Shown here piece by piece: positions 37,928 to 48,095 of a stretch of 64,000 bases of DNA. Made by a program: the position numbers and the translations under genes. The DNA comes from a virus (taxonomy: Duplodnaviria > Caudoviricetes). The stretch spans positions 1 to 64,000 of the IMG/VR virus record IMGVR_UViG_2884366220_000001; one strand, written 5' to 3'. How positions within the stretch are numbered: the stretch's first letter is position 1; each line of letters opens with the position of its first letter. The notes under the pieces were generated by a model. The model saw only the letters and a list, made by a program, of their open reading frames with translations, had not been told where the DNA came from and searched no databases.

Positions 37928-40245
37928 TCCGGATGCTGACACTGCTACTCACGCTCGTAGTGAGCGTGAGTAGCTATGGGCAATTAGCGACGAAGGCGCA
38001 GTGGGGTGTGGCCCGGTCGACGGATAGCCTGAACGAAACGCGTGACGGCTTTCTGCTTGGGCCAGGAGCCGGCCGCTACCTGAAAGTGTTGATTGACTCC
38101 AATACGGCCAACTTGGTACGTAAGCAGCCGCTACTGACGACCAGTAGTAATGTCGTGAGTGGCACGCTAACGGCCGGTAAAATCTTTCTCCAGGGAGCTA
38201 CTGCCGCTGAAACCGCTAGAAACAGCATCCTGCCGCTTCCGGGTGGTGGGGTCGAGTTCGGCGGTAATCCACGGCTTTCAGCTGCGGGCATTGGCGCGGG
38301 CGGGAATCTCGACGTGAAGCCGGACGGCAACCTGTATTTCTTCAGCAACGGTAACAGTAGCCGGTCGCTGTTTCTGCACAACGAAGGTATTTCTGTCAAC
38401 CGGAACACCAACACGGCCCGCGCCGGGTTCGACATCGGCTCAGACGTTTGGGTTGATGGTAACCTGAAACTACCTACCGTAGACGGCCGCTGGTTCGGCT
38501 TCGATGGCTTGTCTTCCGGTCAAACCGTCCGGCTTCGTATGGGCGACCCCACCGGGGGACTCGATGTAACATCAGGCGCGGGCATGACGGTAAAGGCTTA
38601 CCACGGCATTATCGTACAGAATCAGGCCGGGGGCGCTGGACCAGCGCTGCGAGTCAATGGCTTGTCGAGCGGTCAGAACCTGTTCGAGTTTTACGACGCA
38701 GCGAGCGCGTTACGGGCGTCGCTGTCGCAGGCGGGTATTTTGTCGTTGGGCGCAGGCGGGGGCGTCCGATTCGCTGACGGCTCGACGCAGACGACAGCAG
38801 CGGGTACGGCCGCGCCGATATCTGTTACGATCGCAGCGAGTGAAACGGCCCTATTGAATGCGATCGCAGCGGCTACCGTTCCGACCGTCGTCAGTTGGAC
38901 CGGCGTCATAACGCAGACGCAAACGATTGTCATAAATAACAAGACTGAACTGTATTTGGACTGCTACGGTAAGGGCGGGCTCAGTCGATCGAATTCGCCC
39001 GATCAGATTTTGGTAAATGGCAATAACAAAAACGTCGGCTTTCGCGGTATCGCCTTTGTGAACACAAATACAACCGGAACCAACGGTGCGCAAATCCGAA
39101 TCAACGAACAAGGGCCGGAAGACGGGATTTTTATTGAAGACAATACCTTTCTGAACGCAGGCACGAACAATAATTCGATTGCGTCGAATGCGTCAGGCGG
39201 GGCGCAGGACCAGTTCATTACGTCGCACAAACGTTTCTACATTCGCCGGAATACATTCGGCGGTTCGGTTGGCAGCGGTACGGGTATTTCGCGCATGGCG
39301 ATCGAATTACTTAATCACTCAGCAGACGGGCCGGGGCCGATTCAATACTGCGAAGAATTTGTAATTGAGGATAACAAAATTTACAAACCGGGTACGGGTA
39401 GCGACGACGGTTTCGGTATTTCGTTGTCGGGTTTGATCCGTAAAAGCCGGATCAAAGGGAATACAGTTATTGACGCCGAACGGTATTCTATCGAAATCGT
39501 TTTGGGGGCGAATATTCTCGTCGAGGATAACACGGTCATCGATATTGACAACTCGTCAGTAGGCATTAGCATTTCTAACGGCTATAAAGCTGAAAACGCA
39601 ATACCGGCAGGCGCAAATCAGAATATAATCGTAAACCGGAACCGGATAAACGTAAAACAACGGGCGATCCTAGCGTACTACGTCAGCAATTCGATATACA
39701 CGCGAAACATCTTCAAAAGTCAGCAGCGTAACGAGTTTATTGGGAATGAAAACGTTTTCGCGAACAATACTATCGACGTTTACAACGACTGGAACGCCTT
39801 GTATTTTGCCCGTTCGAGCCGAAACAAGATCGTCGATAATACAGCGACGACGTACTATCACGGTAACGGCATTTACACGTCGTCAGTTATATTCTTTGAC
39901 GCCGGATCAAACGACAGTTACGTGCGTCTGAACACGCTCACGCGGCCGACGAATTCGTATAACGTTCACATTGAACAGGCCAGCGGAACAAGCAACGACA
40001 CCGGGGCGGGGTTCCAGTCGGCAACCAATACGCTTAACACCTACGCGGAGAAACGACCTAACACCCTGGGGAATGACCAGATACAAGTCGCAACTTACCA
40101 GGATATGATTAACCTGGGCACGGTCACCGTGTCGACTACCGTCTACGTCCTTGCCGACGAGAAAAATAATCCCGGCGCACTGAGTGTGTACACGCTGCTA
40201 CCATCGGGCAAACGCGTTCGGTTTGCCGCCATCGAAGACAATTAA
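37924..40245 (+). CDS. Signal-peptide tailspike-like protein with right-handed beta-helix (depolymerase candidate)
   Basis: ...VVSVSSYG|Q; GVRFADGSTQTTA fibre motif; repeated IEDN/IRRN/IKGN beta-helix rungs. Confidence 0.78.
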   Translation: MIRMLTLLLTLVVSVSSYGQLATKAQWGVARSTDSLNETRDGFLLGPGAGRYLKVLIDSNTANLVRKQPLLTTSSNVVSGTLTAGKIFLQGATAAETARNSILPLPGGGVEFGGNPRLSAAGIGAGGNLDVKPDGNLYFFSNGNSSRSLFLHNEGISVNRNTNTARAGFDIGSDVWVDGNLKLPTVDGRWFGFDGLSSGQTVRLRMGDPTGGLDVTSGAGMTVKAYHGIIVQNQAGGAGPALRVNGLSSGQNLFEFYDAASALRASLSQAGILSLGAGGGVRFADGSTQTTAAGTAAPISVTIAASETALLNAIAAATVPTVVSWTGVITQTQTIVINNKTELYLDCYGKGGLSRSNSPDQILVNGNNKNVGFRGIAFVNTNTTGTNGAQIRINEQGPEDGIFIEDNTFLNAGTNNNSIASNASGGAQDQFITSHKRFYIRRNTFGGSVGSGTGISRMAIELLNHSADGPGPIQYCEEFVIEDNKIYKPGTGSDDGFGISLSGLIRKSRIKGNTVIDAERYSIEIVLGANILVEDNTVIDIDNSSVGISISNGYKAENAIPAGANQNIIVNRNRINVKQRAILAYYVSNSIYTRNIFKSQQRNEFIGNENVFANNTIDVYNDWNALYFARSSRNKIVDNTATTYYHGNGIYTSSVIFFDAGSNDSYVRLNTLTRPTNSYNVHIEQASGTSNDTGAGFQSATNTLNTYAEKRPNTLGNDQIQVATYQDMINLGTVTVSTTVYVLADEKNNPGALSVYTLLPSGKRVRFAAIEDN

Positions 40246-40258
40246 CCGCATAACGTCC

Positions 40259-41449
40259 ATGAAAAAAGCACTAATTATAGCCCTGCTGAGTCTGGCCACC
40301 CTCAGCGCATTTGCTCAGTTCCCCGTCGATCAGGCCCGGCCAGGTCGGGTGTACACATCGATTAAAGACCTGGCCCAATCGGAAGGGCAGGAATATTACC
40401 TCGGTAGCCGGGGGAAAATCGTCGTCACCGGTACGGTGTCGGCCACGTCGACCAGTGAGGTCAGCTATACGTTTACCTCCGGCAACCTGCCCAGCTACTT
40501 CGCGCCGGCCGGCATCGTGGTGCTGCACACGATGGATTACCGGTTCGACACCAAAATCAAAGGGTACTACTACACCCCGTTCGGTAACTCATCGACGTTT
40601 GCGACCTACACCAATACGCAGCCGTTTTTCAGCGCCAACGCCAACGAACGACTGACCCGCCCGGTTAGTCAGTACCTGCTCCCCACCCAGTCGCCGACGG
40701 CCGCCGTGCTGACCGAAGCCGCCATCCCGGTTAGTAATACCGCAACCTTACCAACCATCGGATCGACCCAGTCGCTGACCATTGGCTACGAAACGGGCTG
40801 GTACGGTAACCTGATCTGGGACATGAACATTGGAGCCAGTAAGTGTGTCGACATCTGGGGCGATAGCATCTGGAATGCGGTGGGCCCTACCACCTGGTCG
40901 AATAATTTCGCCTACCTGTTGCGGGATTATTTTACCGACAAGGGCTATAACTACCGGCTCAGAAACCGCAGTGTGTCCGGCTCGACCACGCTCGATCACC
41001 GCAATTTCTGGTACGCGGGCCGAACGCTGGCTGACCCCCCGGCGGTGGTATTTATTCCGCTCGGCACCAACGATCCGGACGCGATGAGTACCAGCGACAA
41101 TATTTTGTACCTGGTCAACAAAGCCCTTACGACCTACACCACGCCGACCAACAAAGTGCGGGTTGTCGTGTGTGGTATCCTGCCCAAACTCAACAGTACC
41201 GCCGAAACCACCGCGAGTAATAAGCGCAGTGCGATTAAATCGGCGCTCGAAGGCCACGCCAAGTATAACTCGCAGGTTTTCTATGTCAACTCCCTGACGA
41301 CCGCCTGGACGGCGACGACGGCCAGTAACTATCTGGCCGATGGTGTTCATCCGGTCGACGCGGCCGAACTGACTGCTTGGGGCTTACTGAAGACCTGGCT
41401 CGATGGCTACAACGTGACCGGCGGCAATACCATTTTTTCGGCCCGTTAA
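40259..41449 (+). CDS. Signal-peptide SGNH/GDSL hydrolase (esterase/deacetylase)
   Basis: MKKALIIALLSLATLSAFA|Q; WGDSI, NRSVSG, LGTND and DGVHP blocks. Confidence 0.85.
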   Translation: MKKALIIALLSLATLSAFAQFPVDQARPGRVYTSIKDLAQSEGQEYYLGSRGKIVVTGTVSATSTSEVSYTFTSGNLPSYFAPAGIVVLHTMDYRFDTKIKGYYYTPFGNSSTFATYTNTQPFFSANANERLTRPVSQYLLPTQSPTAAVLTEAAIPVSNTATLPTIGSTQSLTIGYETGWYGNLIWDMNIGASKCVDIWGDSIWNAVGPTTWSNNFAYLLRDYFTDKGYNYRLRNRSVSGSTTLDHRNFWYAGRTLADPPAVVFIPLGTNDPDAMSTSDNILYLVNKALTTYTTPTNKVRVVVCGILPKLNSTAETTASNKRSAIKSALEGHAKYNSQVFYVNSLTTAWTATTASNYLADGVHPVDAAELTAWGLLKTWLDGYNVTGGNTIFSAR

Positions 41450-41455
41450 AACGCC

Positions 41456-41513
41456 CGTCATCACGCCCGTCACGAACCGCCCGAACTGGATCGACCAGCT
41501 TCGGGCGGTTTTT
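41456..41513 (+). promoter_or_regulatory. Late promoter motif, copy 6, fused to an intrinsic terminator
   Basis: 55 of 58 bases identical to 36609-36666. Confidence 0.8.
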
Positions 41514-41527
41514 ATTTCTGACGACTG

Positions 41528-42022
41528 ATGGAATCCTTTCTCTTGTTGTTTATCGCCCTTGTGCTGGCGCTCCTATTTTTTCCTGCTGGCATTCTGACCA
41601 CGCTGATCCGCTCACTGATTCGCTGGAAACGGGTTTCCTTTTCTGCATACATCGCGCAGGCCGCCCGAAGCCTTGCGCTCAGTATCGACCGGATGGGTAA
41701 CGTCGTTTGCAGTGATCTGCTGGAACTGACAATGACCCGCGATACGGGTAATTACCTGTTCGGAAATAGTGTGGAGACAATCAGCCTAGTGCTTGGTATG
41801 AACAAGCACCTGGGGACGCTTACCCGATTCGGTACCGGCTTAGCCTGGTTGCTCAATCTCATTGACCCCGGCCACGTAGAGCGGGCCGCTGGTATGCCCA
41901 TTATTCCACCACCAGACCCCTCACAGGTGCTGATTCGCGCCTTTCTGAAGCAGTACTGGAAACCCGCGTTGGCTTTTGCGATCGGAGTTTTGACCGTTCA
42001 CCTGATTCTATACATCCTATGA
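41528..42022 (+). CDS. Phage membrane protein
   Basis: N- and C-terminal TM segments; SIDRMGN...ETISLVLG. Confidence 0.7.
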   Translation: MESFLLLFIALVLALLFFPAGILTTLIRSLIRWKRVSFSAYIAQAARSLALSIDRMGNVVCSDLLELTMTRDTGNYLFGNSVETISLVLGMNKHLGTLTRFGTGLAWLLNLIDPGHVERAAGMPIIPPPDPSQVLIRAFLKQYWKPALAFAIGVLTVHLILYIL

Positions 42023-44088
42023 TCGGTATCACCAACGATCAGGGGCTTAGGCTGGAGCTTTTTTCAAACCAGAACCTGGTCACTGAACAGGTTGCCGCCT
42101 GGCTCGTCGACGACGAGTTGCCCGGCGAATTTTCTTACCCCATCGACGCGCCTCTGACGGAGAATAATCAGCGGTTCGTTGCCCACGGCTACCGGCCCGA
42201 TTCGGCATCCCCGCGCCTGATCATGCCGGTAACGGTGTCGTTTGGTGGTATCCTGTACCGTCGGTGCCAGCTGGCCTACAAACTCCAAAATGGGAAATTG
42301 AACGCCTATCTGAAGATCGACAGCGCCGAAGTATATGATAAACTTCGTAAGCTGAGTTTGCAGGAAGCCCTGGCCACGCCGATCCGCATTGGTGATGGTG
42401 TCGTTGGGGCAGTAAACGGTATCGCCACCGTGCTACCGCTCAACGAGCGGCTGACTCAGGTTGCTGCGGCACCGCCCGGCACGTGCGCGTTCGCGGTGTT
42501 CCCCATTCGTAACGAAACATTCTTCGAGGACGACTGGCGAATGAAGGTACCAGGAGCCATTCCTGATCCCCAGCCGTATGTTAACTGGTTCACCAAGACC
42601 GGCAGTAATGGGGTAGGTAATTTCGTGGCCGACTACCAGTTCGGCGACGGGGTAGTACGTGGGTACCCGATTTGTCCTCAGCTATATCTTTGGTGGGTAC
42701 TGGAGCAGCTGATGCTACTCGCTGGCTACCGGATCGAATCGGATTGGCTCGCCCAGGAAGCCATTCAACGATTGTGCATTCTGAACCTGACGGCGCTTCC
42801 GATCATCGAAAACAAAACGCTCGATGAAGCCTTCGGCGGACGACGCTTTATTCCCGGCCAGTGCCTGCCCGAGATGGACGTGTCGGAATTTCTGAAGGCC
42901 ATCAAACAGCGATTTGGTTTGTGCTTCACCTTCAATGCCAATACGCGGATCTGCACCATTGCCCAGTTCGTCGGCGCCGTGGCCCAGGGGCCAGCCGGCA
43001 ACCTGACTTCCTACCAGGCTGGTTCGTACGATACGGCCGAGCCGGACGGCCGTGGTTTTGCCGTAACGGAGTACTTCGACCCCGCCGACGAGCTATACAA
43101 AGATGCCAGGGGCCAGACCATTCAGCCCGACCCAATCATTATAGGCAAGGGGGGACAGCCGATCAGTATGAAAGTGGGCACCTGCCAGTCGATCTATACC
43201 GATTCGACGGTCAGCAACGGAAAGTGGCAGGTACCCACCGTCCGGCAGGCGGGCAACCTGCTCGACCCGGCCTACAGCGCATCGGATCGGTACCTCGATC
43301 AAACCGGGAAGCGTCGTAATAACGTGGGCCTGCGCCTGCTGAGCTACGAAGGAATGCAGCAGGACAGCACCGGGGCCTACTATCCCTTCGCGTCGACGGA
43401 AGTCTGTGAGCTGGCTGGCCGGAATGGCATCTGGCTTAAGGGTCTCCGGCAGTATTACTATTTCCGGGATCAGACGCAGCGGATTACCCAGAAGATGCTG
43501 CTACCGGCACCAGTCCTGTCGACCATGCAGCTGCACCGCAGTTACAGTTTGAGTCTGAACGATAGAATCCGGCGGGCGTATCTGATCACGAAGCTACAGG
43601 CGGAAGCCCCCGGCCCGGAGGGGAAACTCACGGCGCGGCTGGAATGCCAGACGATTCCTTCGGGTATCGATCAGGCGGCCGACGTCGACGAGGCATTCGT
43701 TTATCTGGAGCTGGTCAACGAAACCCAGAAGCAGCTAGCCGGGCCAACCTCATCCGTGATCAACGCCAATTTCTACGATCAGACCAAATTGACCGTCAAG
43801 GTGTGGGCCGATCGGAATAAGACCAGGGCGGCCATTGTCGGCAAGCTACCGGTCAAACTGCGCTTCCTGAAGAGTTGGCCAGTCAAGAAAAACATCACGC
43901 AGCTGGAGGCCGGGCAGGTCCGCACGGTCAACTACCTGGAAACCGTTACGACCTACGACATCGTCGGCTCGCAGATGGTGATCGAGCCGGCGCTAAAAAC
44001 CTACCTGTTTCTGACGGGTGAGAACGTGTGGGAGGAGTTTCAACTAGTGGTTCAGCTTGATCCGGGGGAGGGGTACGGTATACTATGA
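42019..44088 (+). CDS. Tail/baseplate hub-like protein
   Basis: GEFSYPIDAPLT N-terminus and LPEMDVSEFLKAIKQRFG; position. Confidence 0.65.
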   Translation: MIGITNDQGLRLELFSNQNLVTEQVAAWLVDDELPGEFSYPIDAPLTENNQRFVAHGYRPDSASPRLIMPVTVSFGGILYRRCQLAYKLQNGKLNAYLKIDSAEVYDKLRKLSLQEALATPIRIGDGVVGAVNGIATVLPLNERLTQVAAAPPGTCAFAVFPIRNETFFEDDWRMKVPGAIPDPQPYVNWFTKTGSNGVGNFVADYQFGDGVVRGYPICPQLYLWWVLEQLMLLAGYRIESDWLAQEAIQRLCILNLTALPIIENKTLDEAFGGRRFIPGQCLPEMDVSEFLKAIKQRFGLCFTFNANTRICTIAQFVGAVAQGPAGNLTSYQAGSYDTAEPDGRGFAVTEYFDPADELYKDARGQTIQPDPIIIGKGGQPISMKVGTCQSIYTDSTVSNGKWQVPTVRQAGNLLDPAYSASDRYLDQTGKRRNNVGLRLLSYEGMQQDSTGAYYPFASTEVCELAGRNGIWLKGLRQYYYFRDQTQRITQKMLLPAPVLSTMQLHRSYSLSLNDRIRRAYLITKLQAEAPGPEGKLTARLECQTIPSGIDQAADVDEAFVYLELVNETQKQLAGPTSSVINANFYDQTKLTVKVWADRNKTRAAIVGKLPVKLRFLKSWPVKKNITQLEAGQVRTVNYLETVTTYDIVGSQMVIEPALKTYLFLTGENVWEEFQLVVQLDPGEGYGIL

Positions 44089-44570
44089 GTGAGTTAGCCA
44101 CTGCCTACCGGTATCTGGACATCAACCAGAAGATTAACCTCAAAACTGTCGTCAGTAAATGGCTACAGTTTGCACGTGAACGATTCGGAGAGGATCTGGA
44201 GAAGTTCGTTTACAATCGTAAACGGTCGAGTCGGAAGCGCCCCCTGCGCCGTAGTTACAGACTTAAATCAGATTGGAGCACAGGCATGAATATGAGCGGA
44301 AACGACGTCAATTCTGCCTTTCTAAGTTTCCTGCTGTACGGTCGGTTTGTTGACATGGGCGTAGGAAAAGGGACCGACTACGCGACGAGCCAGTACCAGA
44401 AGGTCAGGAAGAACGGCGAACCTCGCAACCGCAGGCCCGCCCGCTGGTATGCCAAGCGAAAGGGCTACGAAACCCACCGATTGCGCGAACTGCTCGTGGA
44501 TCACTACGTGAGCATCCCAATCACCACTATTGAAAATGCGCTGACCGGTAGTGTCAGCATCAGCGTGTAA
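44085..44570 (+). CDS. Basic neck/tail completion-like protein
   Basis: YGRFVDMGVGKG motif; precedes tape measure. Confidence 0.55.
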   Translation: MSELATAYRYLDINQKINLKTVVSKWLQFARERFGEDLEKFVYNRKRSSRKRPLRRSYRLKSDWSTGMNMSGNDVNSAFLSFLLYGRFVDMGVGKGTDYATSQYQKVRKNGEPRNRRPARWYAKRKGYETHRLRELLVDHYVSIPITTIENALTGSVSISV

Positions 44571-44637
44571 TCGACGGCACGCACCACCACAGCACTAGTT
44601 ACAGGGCCTCACCGCAACGCTTAAACCAAGCAGTACG

Positions 44638-47600
44638 GTGGCTAGAACCCAGAATGAACGCGCCATTATTGACCTCGTCATTAATGGCCAACAGGCAAAA
44701 ACCAGCCTGAAAGAAGTGAGCCTGAGCATCACCAAGATGCGCTCGGAGCTGAACAAAATGCATGAAGCGGACGACCCCGCTTTATACGCTGCCAAAGTCC
44801 GGGAAATCAATAAAATGATTGCGGCCCAGCGGGAGATGACCGCCCGCATCAATGACACCAGCACTGCCTGGGGCCGCTTCAAGAAAGAAATGGCGACCGT
44901 GGCCACTGGTGTCGTCGGTGGCAACGTGATCACGTTCATGCTGCAATCGCTGGTCAATCTGATTCCGCAGACAATCGACCGGACGATGAAGCTGAAGGAT
45001 TCCTTCGCCGACATCGAAAAGGCAACTGGTCTGAGCAGTGAAGGGGTGAAGCGACTCAATAAGGAGTTGAAGGACATCGACACCCGCACGACCAACCAGG
45101 ATCTGCGCGACATCGCCGTGGCGGCCGGTCAGTTAGGGGTTGCCAACGATCAGCTGGTTTCGTTCGTGAAAAACGCCGATATGGCCGTGGTCGCGTTAGG
45201 CGATGAATTTTCGGGTGGTGTCGAGCAGGTAGCCAAGGAGTTAGGCGGTATTGCCAAGCTGTATAAGGAAACGCAGGCGATGGATACCGGCGAAGCCCTC
45301 AGCCGCATTGGTTCGGGGTTGAACGAACTGGGAGCCGCCGGATCAGCGACCGCCCCAGTGGTCGCGGAGTTCGTGCAGCGCATGGGTCAGCTGGGCAATC
45401 TGGCACCGAGCCTGGCACAAACGGCCGGTTACGGTGCCGCCCTTCAGGAACTGGGAATGACGGCCGAGATTGCCGCCAGCGGACTCGGTAAAATCCTGAT
45501 GACCGGCGCGACCAAATCAGATCTGTTTGCTCAGCATCTGGGAAAAACGAAGGAAGAAGTCGAAGCCCTCATCAATACGAATCCGGATCAATTCCTGAAG
45601 GCGTTGGCCCTGTCGTTTCAGGGACTTTCGCAGACGCAGGTCGTGCAGCGCATGAAGGAACTGAAGCTGGAGTCTGACGAGTCGATCAAGGTGATGTCGT
45701 TGCTGGCCAACCAGACGGATTTCGTAACCAAGAAGCAGGAGATCATGGCGTCGGCTTTCGCCGAGAATACCAGTCTGGCGAAAGAATTTGAGAAGAAAAA
45801 CTACGATCTGGCGAAGGAGCTGAAGAACCTGACCGAGTGGTTTAATGGCCTGTTTACCAGTGAGGGGTTGCAAAACTTTCTGGCAGAAGCTGTTCACAAT
45901 ACCCTCGAATTCACGAAGTCACTATCGACGGCGAAACGCTGGTTTGGCGAAAACAGCGTAGCCCTGTATGCATTGGCGACAGCGGCCGTAGCTTACAACG
46001 GGGCAACACTGGCCGCCGTTGCCGCCACGGCCCTCGACACCTTGCACCAGGGCTACCGGAAAGTGGCCTACGAATTAGGCTTCCGTTGGCTGGTATTGCA
46101 ATCGTCGGCTAGTACCGCTTACGCTACGGTGACGGGTTTACTGACCGGTCAGATCACGCTTCAGACGGCCGCTGTTACGTTGGCCCGCACGGCCTGGGCT
46201 GCATTCAACGCCGTTATGCTGGCCAACCCACTTGGGGTTGTCATTGCAGGTCTGGCAGCCGCAGCCTACGCAATCAAAACGTTGTCGGATAATACCGAAG
46301 CCGCCCTGCGCATCGAGCGGGAAAAAATCAACCTGACCCGCGACCTGGCTAAGTTCCACGAACAGACCAACAAGGTCGTAGCGAAGTACAACGAACTGCT
46401 GGCGGAGTATCCGAAACTCAGTCAGGAAGAGCGGGCCGAAATGGTTAAGAATCTGGCCATGAAGCGGCTGGAACTGGAAAGTCAGCTGACGCAGCTGAAG
46501 GCCCGCGAACGGCACATGGAGATGCTTTCGGCCGAGCCGACACTGTGGCAATATCTGTGGGCTACAATCAAGAACGGGGGCAATGGCGCGATGATCGGTA
46601 ATGCACTGGTCAAGCAGGCGGCCGACAACATGAAGGCAGTTCGTCAGCAGTTTGCCGGTGGTATCGAGCAGTTGCAGGGTGACATCAAAAAGGTCGACGA
46701 CATCTTTCTCAAGATGGGATCGTACAACAAACCAGCCGGTGCCACTGGCCTGCGCACAATCGAAGATGATACGGAGAAAAAACAGAAGAAAGACAAGGCC
46801 GTATCGGACGCAAAACAGGATGCTGACGATCTGGAGCGGATGCTGTCGGATGCCCGGCGCGATGCCCTGAAATCGGAAGAAACCGATTACGAAAAATCGG
46901 TCATGGCCTTCGCTGCCAAGTACACGAAGATGTATGAGTTAGCGAAGGGTAACCAGGCGAAGATTCAGGAGATCGAACGCTTGTCGCGGGTCGAAATGGC
47001 TGCGATCGACAAAGCCCGGCAGGAAAAGGAAGCGGCCGAGATGCAGAAGAAACTCGACAAATCGAACCGCGAAGCCTTCGGTAACACGATGGACGTTGCC
47101 GACCAGCGCCACAGCGACGCTATCAGCGGTATCGAGCGTACACAGGCGATGTCGCCCAGCGCCATCGGTGACGCCGAGGTGCACATGCAGAAGTTGCAGG
47201 CCGATCAGCAGTACCTGACCCAGAAGCTGCTACTCGAGGAAACGTTCGCCCAGCACTCGGCCGACACCCAGCGTCAGCTGACCGAGAACTGGAACGAGCA
47301 GGTCAAGCTGCGGGCCGACACCGAGCACGGCTACGCCGAGCAGATGAAGCAGGCCGAATGGGCTTTGCAGGACGCTAAACGGGCCGCCATGACCCAGGGG
47401 CTGGATGTGCTGAAAACGTTTCTGGGAAAAGGTACGCTGGCCTACAAAGCCGCCATCGTTGCCCAGAAAGCCTACGCGATCGCGCAGCTGATCGTCGACA
47501 ACCAGCGCGAAGTGGCCCAGATCTATGCCAACCCGACCTGGTCACTGATGCCGGACGGGGGGCTGAGTCTGAAGACGGCAGCCGCCACCGCATCCCGGAT

Positions 47601-48093
47601 TCGCATGGGGATCGGTATTGCCGCCGTAGCCGCCCAGGGTATTCAGGAGATTGCCGCCAAAAAAGACGGGGGCTACACCGATATGCAGACGATGTACGGT
47701 AGTCCGTCGGGCTTTGTGCGTGATCCGACACTGTTCAATCTGGGCCGGCGTAGCTTCATTGCTGGCGAAGCCGGTACTGAGTTCGTCATCAATAACAAGG
47801 CGCTGTCTGATCCGGTAATCGGCAACTTCGCTCGGATGCTGGACGGCGTGCAGAAGTCGGGTAACTATACCAGTTTTTCGGCCATGCTCTCGGGAGCCAG
47901 CGGGGGGAGTACAAGCGCAGGTAACGCGGGCGGGGGAATGACGGCCGAGATGGGCCTGATGATCATCCGGGAATTGCAGGCTAACCGGGCTATGATGGAG
48001 CAGTATGCCAACCGACCCATCGAGCAGAACTACCGGCTAACCGAGCAGTTTGACGAGAATATTCAAGAAGTACGGAAGGCGAACACGTTGTAA
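44638..48093 (+). CDS. Phage tail tape measure protein
   Basis: 1151 aa, Ala-rich helical; DSFADIEKATGL, AWAAFNAVMLANPLG and AGEAGTEFV motifs. Confidence 0.92.
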   Translation: MARTQNERAIIDLVINGQQAKTSLKEVSLSITKMRSELNKMHEADDPALYAAKVREINKMIAAQREMTARINDTSTAWGRFKKEMATVATGVVGGNVITFMLQSLVNLIPQTIDRTMKLKDSFADIEKATGLSSEGVKRLNKELKDIDTRTTNQDLRDIAVAAGQLGVANDQLVSFVKNADMAVVALGDEFSGGVEQVAKELGGIAKLYKETQAMDTGEALSRIGSGLNELGAAGSATAPVVAEFVQRMGQLGNLAPSLAQTAGYGAALQELGMTAEIAASGLGKILMTGATKSDLFAQHLGKTKEEVEALINTNPDQFLKALALSFQGLSQTQVVQRMKELKLESDESIKVMSLLANQTDFVTKKQEIMASAFAENTSLAKEFEKKNYDLAKELKNLTEWFNGLFTSEGLQNFLAEAVHNTLEFTKSLSTAKRWFGENSVALYALATAAVAYNGATLAAVAATALDTLHQGYRKVAYELGFRWLVLQSSASTAYATVTGLLTGQITLQTAAVTLARTAWAAFNAVMLANPLGVVIAGLAAAAYAIKTLSDNTEAALRIEREKINLTRDLAKFHEQTNKVVAKYNELLAEYPKLSQEERAEMVKNLAMKRLELESQLTQLKARERHMEMLSAEPTLWQYLWATIKNGGNGAMIGNALVKQAADNMKAVRQQFAGGIEQLQGDIKKVDDIFLKMGSYNKPAGATGLRTIEDDTEKKQKKDKAVSDAKQDADDLERMLSDARRDALKSEETDYEKSVMAFAAKYTKMYELAKGNQAKIQEIERLSRVEMAAIDKARQEKEAAEMQKKLDKSNREAFGNTMDVADQRHSDAISGIERTQAMSPSAIGDAEVHMQKLQADQQYLTQKLLLEETFAQHSADTQRQLTENWNEQVKLRADTEHGYAEQMKQAEWALQDAKRAAMTQGLDVLKTFLGKGTLAYKAAIVAQKAYAIAQLIVDNQREVAQIYANPTWSLMPDGGLSLKTAAATASRIRMGIGIAAVAAQGIQEIAAKKDGGYTDMQTMYGSPSGFVRDPTLFNLGRRSFIAGEAGTEFVINNKALSDPVIGNFARMLDGVQKSGNYTSFSAMLSGASGGSTSAGNAGGGMTAEMGLMIIRELQANRAMMEQYANRPIEQNYRLTEQFDENIQEVRKANTL

Positions 48094-48095
48094 AC

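Noticed and set aside
30297-41449. Diversity-generating retroelement or shufflon acting on tail genes
   Set aside because: No reverse transcriptase, no adenine-variable repeat pair and no inverted cassette seen; the serine recombinase is 17 kb away with its own res-like site
8766-41513. GTCATCACGCCYGTCACG copies as a CRISPR array or REP family
   Set aside because: Copies are 0.6-12 kb apart, not palindromic, and sit at fixed distance from -7 boxes; no cas genes
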